DNA from: Breznakia sp. PF5-3
GTDB taxonomy: Bacteria > Bacillota_I > Bacilli_A > Erysipelotrichales > Erysipelotrichaceae
NCBI RefSeq assembly: GCF_029504745.1
Contig: NZ_JAQFIQ010000020.1
Location: forward strand, 1 to 32,000
DNA length: 32,000 bases
Direction of reading: 5' to 3'
The translations under genes were made by a program, and so were the position numbers. This document shows positions 8,337-18,230 of the stretch, one piece after another. The notes under the pieces were generated by a model. That model saw nothing but the letters and a program-made list of their open reading frames with translations. It had not been told where the DNA came from and ran no database searches. Every line of letters starts with the position of its first letter. Position 1 is the first letter of the stretch.

Positions 8337-9129
8337 TCAAAAGCGAGGAAAACTTACAAAAAAAGATATTACTCGGATGGGATTATATTCTATCATTGAA
8401 CAATCAGCATTTAGTTTTGAACGTATGCAAGCGCCAGGATTCACATTATCTATGTTACCTGCATTTAAAAAAATATATGGAGACTCAAAAGAAGATTTAG
8501 CAGAATTCATGACGTACAATATGGAGTTTATGAATACAGAGCCTCATATGGCAACATTCTTAATGGGATTAATTCTTTCAATGGAAGAAAATGGGGAAGA
8601 TCGCAAATTGATTGAAGGGATTCGTAATGGTTTGTTTGGACCATTTGCAGGATTAGGAGATGCTATCTTCTGGTTTACATTATTACCAATTTCGGCAGCA
8701 ATCTGTTGTTCATTGGCACAAGATGGTTCCGTATTAGGACCAATCTTATATATTGTAATTTGGTTTATTGCAGCGATATCTAGAGTATTCTTTGCGAGAT
8801 TTGGATATAACCTAGGAGTTAAAGCGGTATCAAGAATTTCGGAAAGTACAAAATATTTAACGAAAGCTGCAGGAATTTTAGGTGTTATGGTAGTTGGTGG
8901 TTTAATTCCATCATATATTAATGTAGCGTTTAGTGAAAACTTAAAATTTGGTCTAGGGGAAGGAACTACTGTACAAAGTGTATTTGATAATATTTTACCT
9001 AACATTCTTCCGTTAGCGTTTGTATTCTTAATTTATTGGTTATTTAAGAAAAAGAATGGAAATGTACTTATTATTATTTTAGGAATCATTGCTTTCAGTA
9101 TTGCAATGTCATTCTTAGGTTGGATGTAA
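8326..9129 (+). CDS. PTS mannose-family EIID component
   Basis: N-terminal KLTKKDITRM...ERMQAPGF and GDAIFW motifs typical of IID. The ATG at 8326 has GGAGGTG 8 nt upstream, and the CDS overlaps the IIC end. The track start at 8305 was rejected. Confidence 0.9.
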   Translation: MASSQKRGKLTKKDITRMGLYSIIEQSAFSFERMQAPGFTLSMLPAFKKIYGDSKEDLAEFMTYNMEFMNTEPHMATFLMGLILSMEENGEDRKLIEGIRNGLFGPFAGLGDAIFWFTLLPISAAICCSLAQDGSVLGPILYIVIWFIAAISRVFFARFGYNLGVKAVSRISESTKYLTKAAGILGVMVVGGLIPSYINVAFSENLKFGLGEGTTVQSVFDNILPNILPLAFVFLIYWLFKKKNGNVLIIILGIIAFSIAMSFLGWM

Positions 9130-9139
9130 AATGCAAAAC

Positions 9140-9170
9140 ATAGCTCCATGTAATGTGGGGCTATCTTTAT
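9140..9170 (+). terminator. Intra-operon hairpin between EIID and the FrlB-like gene (possible partial terminator or processing site)
   Basis: ATAGCTCCA (9140-9148) pairs with TGGGGCTAT (9156-9164), with one G-U and a 7-nt loop. Followed by CTTTAT. Confidence 0.35.
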
Positions 9171-9190
9171 CGAAAAAATAGGAGGATATA

Positions 9191-10189
9191 ATGAATAATT
9201 TTAATGAAATAAAGATGTTAGAAGATGGTGCATTTATTTATAATCGTAGAAGTGAAATTGAGCAAATAGCAGATGCTGTATGTGAAAAGGGCTTTTGTAA
9301 TATTTTGTTTTCGTCAGTGGGTGGAAGTCAGGCGATGATGGATCCATTCCAAATTTTTATCGATGAAATGAGTGATATTCAATCATTCTCAGAATTATCA
9401 AGCACACTTATTTTTGGTGAAAACAATCAAATTAGTAAAGATACTTTAGTGTTTATGTCTAGTAAATCAGGGGATTCTAAGGAAACGGTGGCAGCGGCTG
9501 AGTATTTGAAAAAGATTGGTTGTACGATTGTTTCAGTTGTAGGGATGCCAGATTCAAAGATGGAGAAATTGAGTGATTATTGCTTTGTTTATAAAGATGG
9601 AAGACCACAAGAATTAGTAATGTATTTGTTGATTGGAAAGATTTTATATAATAAAGGCTTTTTTAAAGATTATATGAAGTTTGCAAAAGAGTTAGAGCAA
9701 TTACCTGCTGTATTAGTTGCAGTACGTAAGCAAGCGGATGCACAAGCGCTTGCTTATTGCGAAAAATATTATGCAGAACCATACAATATCTGGATTGCTT
9801 CAGGTAGTTTGTGGCCTGTTTGTTATGCTTATGCAATGTGTGTATTGGAAGAAAGTCAATGGATTCGCACCAAATCTGTATCGAGTCCAGAGTTTTTCCA
9901 TGGAACCTTGGAATTGGTGGAAAAGGACGTATGTTGTACATTGTTAATTGGCGAAGGGAAAACACGAAGTATTGATTTGCGAGTAAAGAAATTTATTGAA
10001 ACATATAGTGATAAAGCAAACGTTTTTGATTGTGCAGATTATGCTTATCCAGGAATATCAGATGAATTCAGATCTTTATTATCTCCCGTTGTAATGAATG
10101 CAATTCTACAAAGGATTTCAAAGAATATGGAAGTTGTTACTGGACATTCTTTGGATATCCGAAGATATTATCGTAAAGTAGAATATTAA
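9191..10189 (+). CDS. FrlB-like ketosamine-6-phosphate deglycase (SIS family)
   Basis: SIS motifs SSVGGS and MSSKSGDSKET. EFFHGTLELVE and the C-terminal RRYYRKVEY match the E. coli FrlB pattern (EFRHGPLEIVE ... RRYYGGLVEY). AGGAGG SD. Confidence 0.85.
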   Translation: MNNFNEIKMLEDGAFIYNRRSEIEQIADAVCEKGFCNILFSSVGGSQAMMDPFQIFIDEMSDIQSFSELSSTLIFGENNQISKDTLVFMSSKSGDSKETVAAAEYLKKIGCTIVSVVGMPDSKMEKLSDYCFVYKDGRPQELVMYLLIGKILYNKGFFKDYMKFAKELEQLPAVLVAVRKQADAQALAYCEKYYAEPYNIWIASGSLWPVCYAYAMCVLEESQWIRTKSVSSPEFFHGTLELVEKDVCCTLLIGEGKTRSIDLRVKKFIETYSDKANVFDCADYAYPGISDEFRSLLSPVVMNAILQRISKNMEVVTGHSLDIRRYYRKVEY

Positions 10190-12321
10190 TGAAAGTATTA
10201 GGATTAGGAGATAATGTAGTAGATGTATATCGGAATTTAGAAAAGAGTTATCCTGGTGGGAATGCATTAAACAATGCAGTAAATGCAGCTAAATTAAATT
10301 ATCAAAGTGCTTATTTAGGGAATTTTGCAGATGATATGTATGGAGAATACATGCAATTTATTTTAAAGTCCATGGGGATTGATATTTCAAAGTGTGTTTG
10401 TATTCATGATAGCACTACTAAAAAGTGTATTGTTGATGTATTTGAAGGGGAACGAAACTTTGTAGGTGTTGATTTGGGTGAGCATTATGCAGGATGTATT
10501 AATATTACAGCTCAACAACAATCATATATTGAAGATTTTGATATTATCTTTACTAGTTGTAATGCTAAGATTGAAGAACAGTTATATAAATTGGCAAAGG
10601 TGAAAGGAATCGTTAGTTATGATTTTGGTGAAAAAGAAAAATATCGTACAACCACATATCTTTCTAAAGTACTTCCTTACATTGATTTTGCACAGTTCTC
10701 AATCAATGGTATTTCTGCAGAGGAAGCATTAGCGCTTGTTAATCAACTGCAAATTGATAAGCCAACCTTGATTACGCGAGGTGGGGAATCACCTATTTTT
10801 ATATATCAAGGGACTTATTATTTAGGAAAAATGCATAAAATAAAAGCCAAAGATACTATGGGGGCAGGAGATGCGTTTATTACCAAGTTTATAACGCAAT
10901 TATATACTACAACTAAGGGTGACAAATTAGCGGAAGAACAGATTGGAAAAGCACTTCATGATGCAGGATTATATGCTTCAGAAGTTTGTAAGATAGATGG
11001 AGGATTTGGGTTTCCATACTTGAAATATAATCTTCAAGGTGTCTTATTTGATATGGATGGTGTACTTGTTGATAGTGAACAATATTGGGTGGAAATAGCA
11101 GAAAAAATTCTTTATCAACACGGATATCACTTTAATGAAATTGACAAAGAACGATATTATGGTTGTTCTTTAAAGCAAGAGGTTGAATTAATTAATCAAT
11201 ATATAGAAATTTCAGAAAAGAATTTTCTTGATCAAAAACAAACGATGGTAGAACGATATCCATGCGACTATCAACAGATGTTGATGCCATATGCGAAAGA
11301 TTTGATTATATGGTTAAAAAGCAAGGGTGTAAAATTGGGTATTGTTTCATCAAGTACTAGAAAAGAAATAAATGAAATGCTTATACAATGTCAGTTACAA
11401 GATGTTTTTACTGTGATTGTTTCTGGAGATATGGTAAAACATTCCAAGCCGAATCCTGAAATTTATCAATATGCTATGAAAGAAATGAAAATAACAAATG
11501 ATAAAGTAATTGTAATAGAAGATTCTGGTTATGGAATAAAGGCAGCACAAGAAGCGGGATTGAATGTAATTGCAATGAAGAATCAAGCAAATAATCAAGC
11601 ATTAAAAGAAATGAATGTGTATTTTGCTTCTCATGATGATATAAAAACGTATTTAACGTTCATAAGTAAAGATAAAAAACTATTATGTCCTAGCATGATG
11701 TGCGCAGATTATGGCTCGTTAAAAGAGGAAGTTTTAAACTTAGATGCAGCTGGTGTAGATATTTTTCACTGTGATGTAATGGATGGTAGTTTTGTACCAA
11801 ATATGACGATGGGCATAATGGATATAAAGACGATTCGAAAGTATACAAAGAAGATGATTGATGTACATTTAATGGTTGAAAATCCTTTGGCAAAGATGGA
11901 TTTATTTATTGATGCTGGAGCTGATATCATTTATATTCATCCTGAGGCGGAACGCTATGTAATTAAAGCGATTATGTATATTAAATCAAAAGGAAAACTT
12001 GCAGGGATTGCAATTAATCCAGATACGAGTGTGGAAACGATTAAAGAGATGTTGAAGCTAGTTGATTATGTCATGATAATGAGTGTAAATCCAGGATTTA
12101 CAGGACAAGATTTTATAGAATTTACAATTGATAAAATTAAGCAATTAGCAGAAATAAAAAAACAAAGACCGTTTAAGTTGATTGTTGATGGTGCGATAAC
12201 GATAGAGAAAATGAAGCGTTTAAATGTGCTTGGTGTTGATGGCTATGTGCTTGGAACGAGTTCTTTGTTTAAAGAAAATGTGAATTATAAAGAACAAATG
12301 AAAAAATTAAGAAATTTATAG
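10189..12321 (+). CDS. Tri-domain fusion: FrlD-like PfkB ketosamine kinase (aa 1-277) + HAD phosphatase (aa 284-493) + ribulose-phosphate/allulose-6-P 3-epimerase-family domain (aa 497-710)
   Basis: Uninterrupted 710-codon ORF. Kinase motifs GDNVVDVY..GGNALNNA and DTMGAGDAF. HAD motifs FDMDGVLVDSE, VSSS, KPNPEIY and IEDSGYG. RPE motifs HCDVMDGSFVPN, DVHLMV, MSVNPGFTGQ and VDGA. The start overlaps the upstream stop (TAATG). Confidence 0.85.
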   Translation: MKVLGLGDNVVDVYRNLEKSYPGGNALNNAVNAAKLNYQSAYLGNFADDMYGEYMQFILKSMGIDISKCVCIHDSTTKKCIVDVFEGERNFVGVDLGEHYAGCINITAQQQSYIEDFDIIFTSCNAKIEEQLYKLAKVKGIVSYDFGEKEKYRTTTYLSKVLPYIDFAQFSINGISAEEALALVNQLQIDKPTLITRGGESPIFIYQGTYYLGKMHKIKAKDTMGAGDAFITKFITQLYTTTKGDKLAEEQIGKALHDAGLYASEVCKIDGGFGFPYLKYNLQGVLFDMDGVLVDSEQYWVEIAEKILYQHGYHFNEIDKERYYGCSLKQEVELINQYIEISEKNFLDQKQTMVERYPCDYQQMLMPYAKDLIIWLKSKGVKLGIVSSSTRKEINEMLIQCQLQDVFTVIVSGDMVKHSKPNPEIYQYAMKEMKITNDKVIVIEDSGYGIKAAQEAGLNVIAMKNQANNQALKEMNVYFASHDDIKTYLTFISKDKKLLCPSMMCADYGSLKEEVLNLDAAGVDIFHCDVMDGSFVPNMTMGIMDIKTIRKYTKKMIDVHLMVENPLAKMDLFIDAGADIIYIHPEAERYVIKAIMYIKSKGKLAGIAINPDTSVETIKEMLKLVDYVMIMSVNPGFTGQDFIEFTIDKIKQLAEIKKQRPFKLIVDGAITIEKMKRLNVLGVDGYVLGTSSLFKENVNYKEQMKKLRNL

Positions 12322-12330
12322 GAGGTATAT

Positions 12331-12762
12331 ATGATCGGATTAGTATTAACAGGGCATGGGGAGTATGCTTCAGGATTAACATCATCATTAAAGTTAATCG
12401 CAGGAGATCAGCTTGAACAGTATGAGTATATAGATTTTAAAAAAGAAGATGACGTGGATACTTTAGAAAGGAACATAAAAACCGCTTTTGATCGCTTGGA
12501 AAATTGTGATGGAATTCTTGTATGTTGTGATTTAATTGGTGGTAGTCCATTTAAAAGTGCAGTTACATTGGGAATGGAAAAAGAAAATGTGAAAGTAGTA
12601 GCAGGAACAAATTTGCCAATGCTTTTAGAAGTGAATACAATGCGCTTTGCGCATGATGATGTAGCAACACTGGCTCATCAAATTGCAGAAGTTGGAAAAC
12701 AGATGATAATGGTATATGAGTACGAAGAGGTATCGGATACGGAAGGAAGTGATGGTATCTAA
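12331..12762 (+). CDS. PTS mannose-family EIIA component (displaced from EIIBCD)
   Basis: N-terminal IGLVLTGHGEYASG (phospho-His) and GGSPFK motifs. AGGAGG SD. Confidence 0.85.
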   Translation: MIGLVLTGHGEYASGLTSSLKLIAGDQLEQYEYIDFKKEDDVDTLERNIKTAFDRLENCDGILVCCDLIGGSPFKSAVTLGMEKENVKVVAGTNLPMLLEVNTMRFAHDDVATLAHQIAEVGKQMIMVYEYEEVSDTEGSDGI

Positions 12763-12763
12763 A

Positions 12764-13585
12764 ATGAAAAAGGGATATTTGTATTTGTTTATCACTGCTT
12801 TTTGTTGGAGTACAGCAGGTACATTTATTCGCTTTAATTCACAATCAGGCTTATTGATTGCTTGTATTGGCTCAGTAGTAGCATTATTTTTTAATCTATG
12901 TTTTTATCGTAAACAATGGAAGTTCAATTCCACTATCTTAGCAGTAGCAATTTTTCAGGTAATCTGTGGTATTACGTTTATCTATGCAAATCAATTAACG
13001 AGTGTTGGAAATGCAATTGTTTTACAGTATACATCGATGATTTTTGTACTAATCTTTGAAAGCGTTGATAAACGCAGATTACCAATGTTAAGGCAATTGG
13101 TTATCATTGCAATTGTAATATTTGGAATGGTATTGTTCTTTTTAGATAGCATCAGTGTGAAGGGGATGATTGGGAATGCTTTAGCAATCATCTCTGGTGC
13201 TTTTTTTGGATTGCAATTTTATATCAATACCAAACCATTAGCAGATGCATATAGTTCAACCAATATCAGTTACTGTCTAACGATGCTTTTTTTGGTTTTT
13301 ATTTTTCATGATCTTTTTAAAGTTCGTTCATTAGAATGGGGAGCTATGCTTGCCAGTGGCGTTTTTCAAACGGCACTTGGAGGGATTTTCTTTGCGAAAG
13401 GGATTAAAGAAGTATCTGCATTTACAGCAAATGTAATTTGTATGTCAGAAATCATTTTGGCACCTTTATGGACATTTATACTGTTTCATGAAACCATTAG
13501 CATCGTTTCACTTTTTGGTGCATTTATTATTGTGTTGGGTATTTTGGCGAATATTTATATTGAATTTCACCAGAGCACAGACTAG
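12764..13585 (+). CDS. EamA/DMT-superfamily permease
   Basis: About 10 predicted TM segments with two EamA-like halves. Start chosen at ATG 12764 just after the EIIA stop; 12752 and 12716 are in-frame alternatives that overlap EIIA. Confidence 0.75.
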   Translation: MKKGYLYLFITAFCWSTAGTFIRFNSQSGLLIACIGSVVALFFNLCFYRKQWKFNSTILAVAIFQVICGITFIYANQLTSVGNAIVLQYTSMIFVLIFESVDKRRLPMLRQLVIIAIVIFGMVLFFLDSISVKGMIGNALAIISGAFFGLQFYINTKPLADAYSSTNISYCLTMLFLVFIFHDLFKVRSLEWGAMLASGVFQTALGGIFFAKGIKEVSAFTANVICMSEIILAPLWTFILFHETISIVSLFGAFIIVLGILANIYIEFHQSTD

Positions 13586-13915
13586 TCTTACAAGAATCTG
13601 CTTGTTATCAACTAGGCTGCTTATGAGAAATGTGTTATAATTTTAATACATATTAGTTTATACTATCAGAATATTTATAATATAACAGAAACATATAAAT
13701 GGTTGTATAGATTTTAAGCTTTGAATGTGAAGACAAACTTGTTCATATGGTTTTTTTATATATAAAGGTATTAGAATTATAAGGGAAAACATGAAAAAAA
13801 CGAGTGATATTTATTAGTGAGGGAAATATCATTGTTTAGTAAGCATTTTAGATTTATGAAATAAGAAAAATTATATATTTCTTCGAAAGGATGAAATAGT
13901 AAAGGAGAAGGCTAC

Positions 13916-14692
13916 ATGGGTGATTATGTAACGGACAAAAGATATAAACATTTAAATAGAAATTCGGCATTGCCTTTATATTATCAATTGAAAGAACATA
14001 TCAAAGAAGCGATTGTAAAAGGGCAATATAAGGCAAATGATAAATTGCCAACGGAAGAAGAACTATGTAAGGAATTTTCTATATCTCGTCCAGTTGTTCG
14101 TCAAGCATATGATGAATTAATCAAAGAAGGATTGGTAGGAAGACACAAGGGAAGAGGAACATTTGTAAAGAAAACGGCAGATAAACACTCTTTATTTAAA
14201 GACTTTATTGGCTTTTCATTTGAAGAAAATGTGAGGGATTTAGAAAAAGAATCTAAAATAGTAAAAGTAGAAAAAATTACTGATCCGTTGATTGCTATGC
14301 GGATGGAAATTCCTAAAGATAGTGAACTTTTGCATATTATTCGTATTGTTCATGATCTTGAATATCCAGTATCGATGATTGAATCGTATTTGCCAGTTGA
14401 TTATTTTATTAATATCGAAAAATATATGTTGATTTCAATAGATAAAACAATTATTGAATTAATTGAAAGCTTGTATGGAATTCATATTGATAAAGCAATT
14501 AGATCGCTTACAGCAATGAAGATTTCAAAAGAGAGAGCAGACTTTCTTCATGGAAATATCGATGATTTGGTATATGAAATAGAAACCCAATATGTTGATG
14601 TATTTGAACGTAATGTGATTTTGGAATATGTTACTTATTTAGTGAGTAAAATGAATATTAATATTGAAGTAAATCGAAAGCAGTCATTATAA
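13916..14692 (+). CDS. GntR-family (HutC/UTRA subfamily) transcriptional regulator
   Basis: Winged-HTH signature LPTEEELCKEFSISRPVVRQAYDELIKEGLVGRHKGRGTFV plus a ~150-aa UTRA-like C-terminal part. AAAGGAG SD. Confidence 0.9.
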   Translation: MGDYVTDKRYKHLNRNSALPLYYQLKEHIKEAIVKGQYKANDKLPTEEELCKEFSISRPVVRQAYDELIKEGLVGRHKGRGTFVKKTADKHSLFKDFIGFSFEENVRDLEKESKIVKVEKITDPLIAMRMEIPKDSELLHIIRIVHDLEYPVSMIESYLPVDYFINIEKYMLISIDKTIIELIESLYGIHIDKAIRSLTAMKISKERADFLHGNIDDLVYEIETQYVDVFERNVILEYVTYLVSKMNINIEVNRKQSL

Positions 14693-14710
14693 AACATGAA
14701 TTGAAATTTT

Positions 14711-14739
14711 AGCTATACCACAAGGTATGGCTTTTTTTG
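14711..14739 (+). terminator. Intrinsic terminator after the GntR gene
   Basis: 9-bp stem AGCTATACC / GGTATGGCT (one G-U), loop ACAA, then T7. Confidence 0.75.
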
Positions 14740-14941
14740 TTATAATAGAAAGAGATAGATATAGGTATATATTAAAAATATTTTTTAAATGTTGTATATT
14801 TCACAAATTATTAACATTATTGAGATATTTCATTTTAGTAAAATTTAATTGTTATGAAATAAAAGATGGATTATATAGAACAGGGAAGGGTTTCATTTTG
14901 TATATCATCCAATTGTGATTATTCCAAGAAAGGAATTATAT

Positions 14942-17900
14942 ATGTTAAAACTTACTAATATTCGCAAATCATATAAAACTTATAATTTTACTCAAGTTGC
15001 ATTGAATGATGTTTCAATTTTGTTTCGAGATAATGAGTTTGCAGCAATACTGGGTTCTTCAGGGTCTGGGAAAACGACAATGTTAAATATTATTGGAGGA
15101 CTTGATCGTTATGATTCTGGTGATCTTGAAATTGATGGAATATCAACCAAAAAGTATACATCATCTGATTGGGATGCTTATCGTAATAATCGAATTGGAT
15201 TTGTATTTCAAAGTTACAATTTAATTCCTCATCAAACAATATTGTCAAATGTTGAATTAGCGCTTACGTTAAGTGGCGTATCAAAAGCAGAGCGTAGAAA
15301 AAAAGCAAAAGCTGCACTGGAAGAAGTAGGACTTTTGGATCATATAAGAAAACTGCCAAGCCAGCTTTCTGGAGGGCAAATGCAGCGTGTTGCGATAGCA
15401 CGTGCATTAATTAATGATCCAGAGATATTGCTTGCAGATGAGCCTACTGGAGCATTGGATACCAAAACAAGTGAACAGGTAATGGAACTGTTAACAAGAA
15501 TTGCCAAGAACCGTTTAGTTATTATGGTTACACATAATCCTGCATTGGCTGATAAGTATGCTAATCGAATTATTCAATTGAAAGATGGAGAAATCATAGA
15601 CGATACAAATCCATTGTCTTTGCATGAAGAAATGGCTGTAACAAAGAAGGCACCACGTAAAGTTAGTATGTCTTTTCTTACTGCCATTTCATTATCACTT
15701 AGTAATATGATGACCAAAAAGGGAAGAACGTTCATTACGTCTTTAGCTGGATCGATTGGGATTATCGGAATTGCTGCAATTTTGGCTTTGGCTAGTGGAA
15801 TAAATGCATATATTGCCAATATCGAAGAAGAGACGATGAGTGTCTACCCGCTTACCATTCAAGCTTCTGGTATTGATATAACGAGTATGCTGGGAGATCC
15901 TGAAAATATGACTACCAAAGGTAGTAGTAAAAATGAGGATAGTGATGTAGGGGTACGTAATATTTTTGAAACGATGTTTAGTTATCAAAATCAAAACGAT
16001 TTAACTTCTTTAAAAGCCTATATTGAGAAAAACAATGATAAAATTGATCCGTATGTTAAAAATATTCAGTATAAATATGATATTATTCCGCAAATATACT
16101 TAACAGATACTAGCAAGGGAATTTATCAAGTGAGTCCAGACGCTATATTGAAGAGTTATGGTATAGGTTCTAGTACAGGGATGAGTGCAATTATGGGGAA
16201 CAGTTCTATGATGGGAATGAATAATTTTCATGAATTACCTGGAGATAGCACAATGTTTGAGAATCAATATGATATCAAGGCAGGACGATGGCCCAAAAAG
16301 TATGATGAAACAGTATTGGTTTTAACATCAAACGGGAATGTATCAGATTATGTACTATATTCTTTGGGGTTGAAAGATCGAGATGAGCTAAAAAAGATGT
16401 TAGATACTTTTGTAAATGAACCAGGAAAAAGCGTCAATATAAAAGCAGATGATAATAATATTACCTTTAACAAATTAATGAATTCTAAGCTTACGGTGAT
16501 TCATCCATCTGATAAATATGTGTATGATGAAAAATATAAGGTATGGATAGATAAATCAGATAATGATACACATATGAAGCAAACGATTGAACAAGGGGTA
16601 GATTTAAAGATTGTAGGTGTTGTACAAGCGGATCCAGATGCTACTGCTACCTCATTGGCTTCAGGTATCAACTATACACCAGAGTTAACACAATATTTAA
16701 TTACAACATCTGCTGATACGAAAATTGTAAAAGAGCAATTAAACAAACCAACGATGAACATTTTCACAGGAAAATCATTTGTTGAAGAAAAGAATGAAAG
16801 CAACTCACAATTTGACTTTAAAGAGTTATTCACAATTGATGAGGATGCAATACGTAATGCTTTTCATATTGATACATCACAATTGAATGTGGATATGTCT
16901 TCTTTTGATATCAATATGAATGATATAACTCTTCCTGAAATGAATTTAGGAAATTTAAACCAAGAGATTGCGGGTCAAATCAATATCCCTGCAGATAAGT
17001 TAAATGCAATCATGGAAAATGTATTAAGAGACTTTGTTCAAGAACAAATACGAGATGGAGTAAGTGATCCAGAAGTAGTTATTCAAAATCTAATTGCATA
17101 TTTAAATAGAGATGATGTACAAGCAAACATCAATAGACAGCTTGCGGAAGCAATTGATACTAGTCAACTTAGTGATCAACTCAGTAAAGTAATTCAAGAG
17201 TATATGACAAATGCAATGCAGACATATGTTACACAAATGATGACTACTTTACAAAATCAGATTCAAAATCAAATTCAAAGTGCTCTTGAACAGTTTCCTC
17301 AACAGATGCAAAATGCAATGTCGATTGATCAAGAAGCCTTTGCAGCAGCATTTAAATTGAATATTAGTGAAGATGATATCCTGGATTTGATGACGACGAT
17401 GTTAAGCCCGAATGAAACAACGTTAGAGAGCAATTTATCAACGTTAGGATATGCGGATATAAAAACACCAAATCAAATTAATATATATCCTAAAGATTTT
17501 ACATCAAAAGAAAATGTAATTCATTTCTTACAAGATTATAATCATAAAATGGAAAAAGCTGGAAATGATGATAAAGTTGTTCGCTATAGTGATATTGTAG
17601 GGACAATGATGTCTTCTGTAACAGATATTGTGGATACGATTAGCTATACATTGGTTGCTTTTGTAGCGATTTCTTTAATTGTATCTTCCATTATGATTGG
17701 AGTAATTACTTATATATCTGTACTGGAAAGAAAAAAAGAAATTGGGATTCTTCGAGCGATTGGAGCCAGCAAACGAGATATTCGTTGGGTATTTAATGCA
17801 GAGACACTAATTATTGGTTTTATTGCTGGAATGATTGGTATCGTAGTAACATATTTATTAAGTATCGTTGCTAATATTATCGTTTATAATGAATTGGGAA

Positions 17901-18040
17901 TTGCAAATATTGCACAATTGCCACCAACTGCAGCAGCGATATTAGTCTTAATTAGTATGGCATTAGCTTTTATTTCTGGATTATTCCCATCTTCAGCAGC
18001 AGCACGCAAAGACCCTGTAGAAGCACTTAGAAGTGAATAG
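14942..18040 (+). CDS. Fused MacB-type ABC transporter: N-terminal ATPase + FtsX-family permease with a ~600-aa extracytoplasmic domain
   Basis: Walker [10 protein letters not shown], signature [15 protein letters not shown], Walker [11 protein letters not shown]1 at about aa 270-300. C-terminal FtsX block ([19 protein letters not shown] ... [11 protein letters not shown]). The ATG at 14942 has AAAGGA 7 nt upstream; the track start at 14915 is a GTG. Confidence 0.85.
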   Translation: MLKLTNIRKSYKTYNFTQVALNDVSILFRDNEFAAILGSSGSGKTTMLNIIGGLDRYDSGDLEIDGISTKKYTSSDWDAYRNNRIGFVFQSYNLIPHQTILSNVELALTLSGVSKAERRKKAKAALEEVGLLDHIRKLPSQLSGGQMQRVAIARALINDPEILLADEPTGALDTKTSEQVMELLTRIAKNRLVIMVTHNPALADKYANRIIQLKDGEIIDDTNPLSLHEEMAVTKKAPRKVSMSFLTAISLSLSNMMTKKGRTFITSLAGSIGIIGIAAILALASGINAYIANIEEETMSVYPLTIQASGIDITSMLGDPENMTTKGSSKNEDSDVGVRNIFETMFSYQNQNDLTSLKAYIEKNNDKIDPYVKNIQYKYDIIPQIYLTDTSKGIYQVSPDAILKSYGIGSSTGMSAIMGNSSMMGMNNFHELPGDSTMFENQYDIKAGRWPKKYDETVLVLTSNGNVSDYVLYSLGLKDRDELKKMLDTFVNEPGKSVNIKADDNNITFNKLMNSKLTVIHPSDKYVYDEKYKVWIDKSDNDTHMKQTIEQGVDLKIVGVVQADPDATATSLASGINYTPELTQYLITTSADTKIVKEQLNKPTMNIFTGKSFVEEKNESNSQFDFKELFTIDEDAIRNAFHIDTSQLNVDMSSFDINMNDITLPEMNLGNLNQEIAGQINIPADKLNAIMENVLRDFVQEQIRDGVSDPEVVIQNLIAYLNRDDVQANINRQLAEAIDTSQLSDQLSKVIQEYMTNAMQTYVTQMMTTLQNQIQNQIQSALEQFPQQMQNAMSIDQEAFAAAFKLNISEDDILDLMTTMLSPNETTLESNLSTLGYADIKTPNQINIYPKDFTSKENVIHFLQDYNHKMEKAGNDDKVVRYSDIVGTMMSSVTDIVDTISYTLVAFVAISLIVSSIMIGVITYISVLERKKEIGILRAIGASKRDIRWVFNAETLIIGFIAGMIGIVVTYLLSIVANIIVYNELGIANIAQLPPTAAAILVLISMALAFISGLFPSSAAARKDPVEALRSE

Positions 18041-18045
18041 AAATT

Positions 18046-18080
18046 AAAAAGCTATACATTTTAATGATGTGTAGCTTTTT
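18046..18080 (+). terminator. Intrinsic terminator after the ABC/FtsX gene
   Basis: AGCTATACA (18050-18058) pairs with TGTGTAGCT (18068-18076), then TTTT. An A-run precedes it. Confidence 0.7.
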
Positions 18081-18230
18081 GAGTTAAGCCTTCAATGGTA
18101 AAAGTTCTTTACTTTTAAAGGATATATGATAAGTTGTAATTATAAATATTTTTCTTATATTCAGTATGATGATTGTAATTGATTATATGAAATGTTTTAA
18201 AAGATTATAATAATAAGTAAAGGGAGTAAG

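Noticed and set aside
12716-12763. Upstream in-frame extensions of several track ORFs (12716 for EamA, 8305 for EIID, 22132 for EIIA, 14915 for ABC, 1563 for the surface protein, 29514 for AraC, 29469 for UvrA-like, 24659 for amidohydrolase A2, 3902 for SIS)
   Set aside because: In each case a downstream ATG has a properly spaced SD and begins the recognisable domain or signal peptide. The longer form starts at a non-ATG codon or deep inside the preceding gene. The exact starts remain unverified.
13586-13915. 330-bp gap between the EamA and GntR genes examined for an RNA gene, a riboswitch or a terminator
   Set aside because: It holds only weak, interrupted inverted repeats (for example about 13572-13620) without a T-tract, plus a 7-codon ORF with a poor SD. 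Nothing there is supportable.
14727-14918. 63-aa ORF in the leader upstream of the ABC/FtsX gene
   Set aside because: It starts inside the upstream terminator, has no SD, and encodes an implausible F/I/K/Y-rich sequence typical of translated AT-rich intergenic DNA. It is more likely part of a ~190-nt 5' leader. That leader contains an imperfect inverted repeat at about 14866-14912, which I could not interpret.
17240-17290. Short nucleotide periodicity (CAAAATCAGATT/CAAAATCAAATT) inside the ABC/FtsX gene
   Set aside because: It is simply the coding sequence of the QNQIQNQIQ low-complexity peptide. It is not an independent DNA repeat element.
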